From NCBI GenBank assembly GCA_048885925.1, contig JBHLLG010000023.1, forward strand, positions 1-42,427: a stretch of DNA of 42,427 nucleotides. The letters are read 5' to 3'. Below, in pieces: positions 36,093 to 42,427 of this stretch (position 1 is the first letter of the stretch; each line of letters begins with the position of its first letter). The notes under the pieces were generated by a model. That model was not told where the DNA came from, did not search any database, and saw only the letters and a program-made list of their open reading frames with translations. The stretch is from Candidatus Hermodarchaeota archaeon. GTDB lineage: Archaea; Asgardarchaeota; Lokiarchaeia; Sigyniarchaeales; SOKP01. Both the position numbers and the translations under genes were made by a program.

Positions 36093-36522
36093 ATAACTCT
36101 TTAATCTGAAAAAAAGAATAGAAAAATCTATTACTCCCTTTTATTAAATGGTTATATAATTTCATATACATATATCCATATTATATTGGTTTTAAAACTA
36201 AACTGGATAACCTATATTTCAGTTATCAATATATTCATCAACTTTATGAAGGAATTCGTATATTTCTGGGTAATTGTTCTAGGATTTCTATTGATATTAA
36301 TTAAAAAAAAGAAGATTTTTTCTCTGTTTAAATTAATGTCGTTTTTGTCATACGAAATGAGAGATAAATCTTTTGTATATAACCATAACACGAAAAAAAT
36401 GTCAAAAGAATTAACTTTTATTTTTAAGTTGATTAATAGATCCATAATTGCTTCCTTAATTAGGGATAACTTTATAAGAATATTTTTTTAATTAATTAAA
36501 TTTTATAAACGGTGTATTTTGG

Positions 36523-37131
36523 GTGAAACTGTTCAATTTCTTGTCTCGATTAAAAAAAACAAAACAATTAGTACGTATGACAATTGTAGGGGATGGAGCT
36601 GTCGGAAAGACGACGTTGGTCCAAGCAATGCTCCGAAGGACTTCTAATCAAACCAAAAATACTTCTCTTAATTCCCCTTTAGATGATAAAAAAATTACTC
36701 GTACTCCTTTTATGGAGATCGAAACTTGGACTTATGGAGATTTGCGATTTCAATGTTATGATTTAGCTGGGCAAAGAATTCCTGGAGGTCATCCTTTAGA
36801 CCTGTTACAAGACCAAGTTATAAGTTCTATAGATATTTATATTTTTGTCTTCTCGGTAGATAGATATGAATCATTTGAAAATCTTAATAATTGGATACAA
36901 TTGATGGATCTAGATGCAAAAAGTAAGAATGGTTCTAAAGGATTTATTTTAGTAGGGAATAAAATAGATCTAGAAAGAAATGTATCACATGAGTTAATCC
37001 ATTCTTTGGTGGGGAGTAATAAATACTTTCAAACTTATGTAGAGACATGTTCATTAGATGGAATAGGTATTGATAGCTTATTAAATGAGATTGCTAGTAT
37101 GGGCAAAAAACTCCTTAGTGTAAGTGATTAA
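36523..37131 (+). CDS. Ras-superfamily small GTPase
   Basis: G1 GDGAVGKT, G2 T, G3 DLAGQ, G4 NKID and G5 ETCS. Confidence 0.93.
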   Translation: MKLFNFLSRLKKTKQLVRMTIVGDGAVGKTTLVQAMLRRTSNQTKNTSLNSPLDDKKITRTPFMEIETWTYGDLRFQCYDLAGQRIPGGHPLDLLQDQVISSIDIYIFVFSVDRYESFENLNNWIQLMDLDAKSKNGSKGFILVGNKIDLERNVSHELIHSLVGSNKYFQTYVETCSLDGIGIDSLLNEIASMGKKLLSVSD

Positions 37132-37174
37132 GGGAGTCATATCTTTAAATTTAACTCTCATCTAAAAAATTATA

Positions 37175-39418
37175 ATGAGAGGAGGTGAAATCTTGACTGA
37201 AGTTAACTGTAAAATTTGTGATAAGAAGATTAAATTCGATCCTAATAATCCTAAAACTTATATCAATAAATCTGAATCCGGTAATCTAATGATTGGAAAG
37301 TTATTTACTATCCGAATAGGACATCAAGCCGATTCAGGCAAATCACATATTAATGTGATTGTAATTGACGAACAAGGAGCTTATAGAGCTCATAAAGATT
37401 ATTATGAAGAAAAAGAAAGTTTAGAAGGAACTCCTGATTTATGGAATGATCTTCAGCATGATATACCAACAGAACTTCGTCCATATTTAGCTTTAGCAAA
37501 TTCTGAAGAAAAAAAAATACTAACCGCTAAGTGTGAACCATTTAAAAAAACTGTAATTGAATGGTATGATACACTAATAGAATTGAAAAATAGCAATCCT
37601 CATAGTCAATTTTTCAAATTCTTAGGCGTTAAATGGGGTTTTATAATTGGTAAAGGAAAAGACATCATAGATTATAAATATGAACCCGATTCTTGGAGTT
37701 ATTTATTATATTTACGTCTCCTTGCAAGGTTTAAGCCCTCACCAGATTTACTAGAACAAGCAAAGAAAGTTGATATGGGTTCATCTCCTATTTTGATTCA
37801 ATTAGAAGCTGCAATTGCTAAAGCAGAGGTCTTTCTTCGTTTAAGTGCCTATGAAGATCTTGAACTATTATACAGTGAATGCAAGAAAAAATGGGGCAAT
37901 CAAACTTCTATAGAAATGAAATCAGGAATGATGTTATTGCAAGGTTATTACGGCTTTAGGTTATATTTCCTTCAAAGAATTAGCGACGCGATCAATTTAA
38001 TTGAACCTGTATTTAATTTTGGACAAATTACAGAGAACCGAGAAATAATAAGCGTAGCAGGAAACTTTTATGCTGCCGTTATTCAGTCTAGTGGAGATTT
38101 AGAAAAGGCGCTAAATATCTTCGAAATTGTTTTAAAAGTTAGTGAAGATATGGGTGATGAACGAACTAAAGTAGTTATTTCTACTAATATGTCAGTTATT
38201 GAATCTAAGCAAGGATTATATGATGAGGCCTTAAAACGCCAGCAAAATGTTCTTACTTTACCTATAGTTCAAGCCGAATTTTTCTTAAAAATTTCTATTA
38301 TGAGTATCTATGCTGAAACGCTTTTTATTGCTGAACACTATGATGAATCAAGAAAGGTATGTCAGACTCTTCTTTTAGAAAAAGAGATACCTACCTATTA
38401 TAAAATTGATGTGCTTTCAACCCTTAAAAGAACTGCGGGGAAAACACATTCGCATGGACTGTTAACTCTTGTAAGAAATAATCTTCCAGCAGATAAAGAT
38501 TTTATGGATTCGCCAGTAGGTCATATTTTTATGCATGATCTTGAAGCGATAGATGGAGAATTACATCATAATTGGATAAAATTAATTAATAATTTGAATA
38601 AAGAAAGAGAGATCATGTTTAAAAATCAATCCGTTGAAAATGCCAGTGATATTGAAATTCGGCTTGCTGAAGCATACTTTAAATATTTTCAAGATACTAA
38701 AAAACTAGAACATCTAAATCACTCTTATAATCATTTAGATTTAGCTAAAACGATTGCTCTAGAAAATCAGAGTTATCTAGATCTTTGCAGATTAGTTATG
38801 CTTAAAGGATTATTAGCCGCGGAAAGTAAATTACCAGAACAAGCAAAAGTTTATTTTGAAGAAGCATTAAAAACTGCGCGTGAATATAACTTATCAAATC
38901 TCGAAAAAGAAATAAACGAAAACCTAGAACAATTAGATACAGGGATTATTGAAAAATCAGCTAATTCAATTTTACGTAGGATGTTTAATCGATTAACTTT
39001 TAGGAAATCTGAGGAATTAAAATCAAAAAAAGAAAGTAATATTTATACAATGTTTATAGGGACACATGACTCTGCTTGGGAATTAATTTTACAAAATGAA
39101 AAGAGTGGTTCTTGGAAAGATATTAACTATATCCTTGGATTTCATGATCTCTGGAATAATATAAGAAATAATATTATTCAACAACAAATTAATTATTTTA
39201 CAGTAAGTAGAGGGGCTGTATTAATAGAAAATTCAGCTCATTTTCAATTATTTGCTTTATGTGATCAATTAGATTATATGACTCGATTAAAAATTCAAAA
39301 TCTCTTACCAGAATTAGAAAAATTTTCTTTTAGGCACATTCCAGAAGAATTAGAAGAAAAAGTACTGAATTCTCTCAAAAAAGATATAGGGAAATTCACT
39401 AAAGTAGAAAATTACTAA
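37175..39418 (+). CDS. TPR-like helical repeat protein with N-terminal CxxC/His domain and C-terminal longin-like domain
   Basis: CKIC..H..H N-terminus; TPR-like 'GDLEKALNIFE', 'GLYDEALK' and 'AKVYFEEALK'. GGAGGTGA at 37181 suggests the true start is TTG 37193. Confidence 0.7.
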   Translation: MRGGEILTEVNCKICDKKIKFDPNNPKTYINKSESGNLMIGKLFTIRIGHQADSGKSHINVIVIDEQGAYRAHKDYYEEKESLEGTPDLWNDLQHDIPTELRPYLALANSEEKKILTAKCEPFKKTVIEWYDTLIELKNSNPHSQFFKFLGVKWGFIIGKGKDIIDYKYEPDSWSYLLYLRLLARFKPSPDLLEQAKKVDMGSSPILIQLEAAIAKAEVFLRLSAYEDLELLYSECKKKWGNQTSIEMKSGMMLLQGYYGFRLYFLQRISDAINLIEPVFNFGQITENREIISVAGNFYAAVIQSSGDLEKALNIFEIVLKVSEDMGDERTKVVISTNMSVIESKQGLYDEALKRQQNVLTLPIVQAEFFLKISIMSIYAETLFIAEHYDESRKVCQTLLLEKEIPTYYKIDVLSTLKRTAGKTHSHGLLTLVRNNLPADKDFMDSPVGHIFMHDLEAIDGELHHNWIKLINNLNKEREIMFKNQSVENASDIEIRLAEAYFKYFQDTKKLEHLNHSYNHLDLAKTIALENQSYLDLCRLVMLKGLLAAESKLPEQAKVYFEEALKTAREYNLSNLEKEINENLEQLDTGIIEKSANSILRRMFNRLTFRKSEELKSKKESNIYTMFIGTHDSAWELILQNEKSGSWKDINYILGFHDLWNNIRNNIIQQQINYFTVSRGAVLIENSAHFQLFALCDQLDYMTRLKIQNLLPELEKFSFRHIPEELEEKVLNSLKKDIGKFTKVENY

Positions 39419-39558
39419 TTTTATACCTTTTTCTATATGTAAATAGAAATTTTACATTTTATTTGATAAAAATATTATTATAAAATAAAATTCAATTATT
39501 ATTATTCCAAAATCCAAAAAGAATTCATTCAATACGAAATAAAGGTTTGATTTGAGTT

Positions 39559-40923
39559 ATGGAAACACTATATCAGGAAAAAAGAAAGAAGACTTTTCGT
39601 TCACTTTTTTTTCTCTATTTTATGATATATTTTTTTATAGGGATAATGCCTGTAAATATTGATAATTTATTATTATACCTTCCGAAGACAACAAAATTTG
39701 GAGTTGGATTAATCGTCGCTTTCACTTTAATCGTTGGAATAATTAGTATATTATTTTTCGGTTATTTTACTGACAAAATTGCAGAAAAACATTCAAAGAA
39801 AAAGATTTTTGTTATTTCAAATTTGTTATGGATTTTTGGATATGGTTTAGCAGCCTTATCCTTAGACTATTATTATTATTTAATTTTTCTTATAATAAGT
39901 GCGATTGGTACAGGCGCTTTTTTACCTATTGGTTTTTCGATGATTGGAGACTTTTTTCCTCCAAAAGATCGCGGAAAAAAATTTGGAGTTATGAATTTTG
40001 CTTTAATTTTAGGCAGTGGTATGGGGATAATTATTGGTGGATTTATGGGAAGTTATACAGCTGGGCCTTTAGGATGGAGATTAGCTTATATGCTAGGTTT
40101 TATTTTAGGAATTTTAACACTTTTTAATTATATTTTTGAAGGAATTGAACCCGAACGTGGTCGTGCTGAACCCGAATTCGAAGATTTTAAGGGAGAGATT
40201 AATTATAATTATAAAATAACTTTTAAGAATCTTGTTGAATTATTTCGAAGGAAATCGATTGGATCAATTTTAATTTATGTATTATTTTCCGGAATTGCCA
40301 CCTCAACTCTTGGTACATGGGCAATTTTTTATCTCACCTCTAAAATTGATGGAATAAATGCTGAATTAACAGCTACTACTATATACTTACTCGCAGGCGC
40401 GGGAGCACTTCCAGGCACCATTTTGGGAGGGAAATTTGGAGATTTGTATTTAAATAAGGGTAAAATGAAAGGACGTGTAATTATATCGATTGTTGGTATT
40501 ACTATTGGAGTTATTTTAACACTCATTTTCTATTTAACTCCATTTTTTACAGCAAATTTAATACAAGTTATCTTTTCATATACATTTTTCATTTTAACTG
40601 GTTTTCTGGGTTACATGTTTACAAGTTTCCCCATAGGAAATCAATTCGCAATATATTCAGAACTATCTGTTCCTGAATTAAGAAGCACTGCTAATGCTAT
40701 GAATGGTTTAATGGTAAATATAGGGGGCATTATTGGTAATTTATTGTTGTCATCCTTAATTGAGAGAAATATATCATGGTTACCAATTACCATTTTTTCG
40801 GTATTATTTATATGGTTAATTGGGGCTTTATTTTGGTTAATACCCTACTTTTATTATCCAAAAGAATCTGAAAAGACCAGAATCATATTATCAGAGAGAA
40901 GGAAAGAATTAGAAAGAACTTAA
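39559..40923 (+). CDS. MFS transporter
   Basis: ~12 hydrophobic segments; FGYFTDK, IGDFFPPKDRGK and GWRLAY motifs. Confidence 0.92.
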   Translation: METLYQEKRKKTFRSLFFLYFMIYFFIGIMPVNIDNLLLYLPKTTKFGVGLIVAFTLIVGIISILFFGYFTDKIAEKHSKKKIFVISNLLWIFGYGLAALSLDYYYYLIFLIISAIGTGAFLPIGFSMIGDFFPPKDRGKKFGVMNFALILGSGMGIIIGGFMGSYTAGPLGWRLAYMLGFILGILTLFNYIFEGIEPERGRAEPEFEDFKGEINYNYKITFKNLVELFRRKSIGSILIYVLFSGIATSTLGTWAIFYLTSKIDGINAELTATTIYLLAGAGALPGTILGGKFGDLYLNKGKMKGRVIISIVGITIGVILTLIFYLTPFFTANLIQVIFSYTFFILTGFLGYMFTSFPIGNQFAIYSELSVPELRSTANAMNGLMVNIGGIIGNLLLSSLIERNISWLPITIFSVLFIWLIGALFWLIPYFYYPKESEKTRIILSERRKELERT

Positions 40924-41046
40924 AATTCAAATTCATTTAATTGCATTCTGCTCAAAATTTACTTTTTTTTTAGTTAAATTTTTAGAATAAGAAGAATTTT
41001 TTTTTTTGAATTAATTGTAATTATTTTCTTTTGAAAAATTCTCAGA

Positions 41047-42096
41047 TTGGTTGCGGTGTCAAATACCTTTAATGGTTCAGTAGAAAAAAATCCTAATGAA
41101 GACTTGTGCCTTGTATATATTTTGTATTTTGACGAAAAGAAAGGACAAATTCCGCTTTTAATGTATCCTGATGATAGACTCAGAAGTAATAAAAAATATA
41201 TGCGACCAATAAATTATCATCCTGTTTGGTTTTTAGAAACGGAAGAACTTGATCATATTGATTTAGAATACAAGGGTTATACCTTTTTCGGTAAGAAATT
41301 TAAAACTATATCAAAAAGGGAAAAAAGAAGAGCTGGACTTGAAGAAAAAACCCCAGAAACGATAGTAATTATAGTTTCACTCCCCGTAGAACTAGAAATA
41401 TTTGGCGATGAGCTCATTAAAAAATTAGTAAATCAATTAAGAGATAAATTTGAAGATCAATTTACTGAAGTAATAGAAAGTGAAATTGTCGCGGATAATG
41501 TAATTAAAACTCCAAAAATTCAAGAACGAATCTCAAAGGGAACAAAAATTAAGGTATTTATGCGTGAGCTAATTGATAATACAGTTAGAAATTATTTTTC
41601 AACAGCTATAGAGAAAAAATCAGAATCATCATCTCTTAAAACTCAAAAAGCTATTTCATATTTTGCATTGAAAGGGTTCGAATTTTCTCCATCAAGTAGT
41701 TTAAGAGGAACAAACAATTTTGAAGATATAGAACTCTTTGATTTTGTAAAGAAATCAACTGAGGAGATTGTTTCAAAGCTTCCAATTTCAATTAATAAAA
41801 TAAATTTCATTGAAAACAGCCAAGAAATTGAAATTATAGCAAAAAACAATACTAATAAAGAATTGACACATATTTCAATAACAATTACTCATGTGAAAGA
41901 ATATTTTGAACAAGAAATAATGAATCAACGGGTTGATTTTTGGTTTCCTCAAGAGGAACTTTTATTTGTTTCCCCAGTGGTTCCTCATATTAATGAATAT
42001 TTAGTTACTATTAAAGAACAAGATAATAAGGGAGAAGATAAAAAACTATTAACCCACAGGATTGATTTAAAAACAATAAATAAAATAACAAGTTGA
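41047..42096 (+). CDS. hypothetical protein with uDENN/longin-like N-terminus and beta-rich C-terminus
   Basis: 'VYILYFDEKKGQIPLLMYP' matches the FDxxxGxxxxxxYP pattern typical of uDENN domains. Confidence 0.6.
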   Translation: MVAVSNTFNGSVEKNPNEDLCLVYILYFDEKKGQIPLLMYPDDRLRSNKKYMRPINYHPVWFLETEELDHIDLEYKGYTFFGKKFKTISKREKRRAGLEEKTPETIVIIVSLPVELEIFGDELIKKLVNQLRDKFEDQFTEVIESEIVADNVIKTPKIQERISKGTKIKVFMRELIDNTVRNYFSTAIEKKSESSSLKTQKAISYFALKGFEFSPSSSLRGTNNFEDIELFDFVKKSTEEIVSKLPISINKINFIENSQEIEIIAKNNTNKELTHISITITHVKEYFEQEIMNQRVDFWFPQEELLFVSPVVPHINEYLVTIKEQDNKGEDKKLLTHRIDLKTINKITS

Positions 42097-42098
42097 AA

Positions 42099-42427
42099 AT
42101 GAAAATGAAAATGTCAGATGAAGAACATCAAGAAGAAAATATAATTATTAGGAATTATCGCACTTCTGATTATCAAGCAACATTAGAAATTCTAAAAGAA
42201 CTAAATGAAATGTTTGATATTGGATTTAATGAAAACCAATGGAGAGAGTCTAGTGGTCTACGCCAATTTAAACCTAACCTTAAAAGGATAACTTTAATTG
42301 CAGAATTAAAACCAACTGGAGAAGTTGTTAGCATGGGAATGATTGAAGCGGTAAAAAATACTCTTGGACAATATATTGGTTATTTAGATAATTGGGCTAC
42401 AAAAAAAGAATTCATTGGTAAGGGAGT
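42099..42427 (+). CDS. GNAT family acetyltransferase, 3'-truncated by the window edge
   Basis: Not in the track. MKMKMSDEEHQEENIIIRNYRTSDY...GYLDNWATKKEFIGKG (motif A); alternative ATGs at 42105 and 42111. Confidence 0.75.
   Translation, partial: MKMKMSDEEHQEENIIIRNYRTSDYQATLEILKELNEMFDIGFNENQWRESSGLRQFKPNLKRITLIAELKPTGEVVSMGMIEAVKNTLGQYIGYLDNWATKKEFIGKG

Noticed and set aside
36186-36491. Overlapping opposite-strand ORFs 36186-36491 and 36212-36445
   Set aside because: Low-complexity I/F/K/L composition expected from AT-rich intergenic DNA; no RBS or motif.

Overview
AT-rich archaeal chromosomal DNA, most consistent with Lokiarchaeia/Asgard. This assignment is inferred from a Ras-like small GTPase, uDENN/longin-like proteins, HEAT/TPR proteins, GGAGGTGA-type ribosome-binding sites and selenocysteine-type UGA recoding with a eukaryote-like SECIS. 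Main blocks: (i) 5.9-11.5 kb, a run of unrelated accessory genes in which every intergenic gap carries a same-orientation copy of one ~30-70 bp repeat (cassette-array-like; no recombinase in the window); (ii) 11.8-21.6 kb, a heterodisulfide-reductase cluster in which the ORF track fragments a 4-UGA selenoprotein HdrA (11815-13758) and a 2-UGA selenoprotein VhuD/MvhD (13765-14220), followed by a SECIS-like hairpin whose AUGA core is the vhuD stop codon, then FrhB-like, HdrD-like, Cys-type HdrA and MvhD genes and an hdrA fragment; (iii) 22-31.7 kb, a sulfur/metal block (two Lrp/AsnC regulators with Cys-rich tails, MerB-like, SsuA/THI5-like, MoaD/SAMP, cysE-cysK, tusA, moeB) with a shared 15-bp palindromic operator candidate; (iv) 32-42 kb, metabolic genes plus eukaryotic-signature-like GTPase, TPR-longin and uDENN-like genes. 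No rRNA, tRNA, CRISPR array or transposase was recognised. All product calls come from motif recognition by eye; no searches were run.
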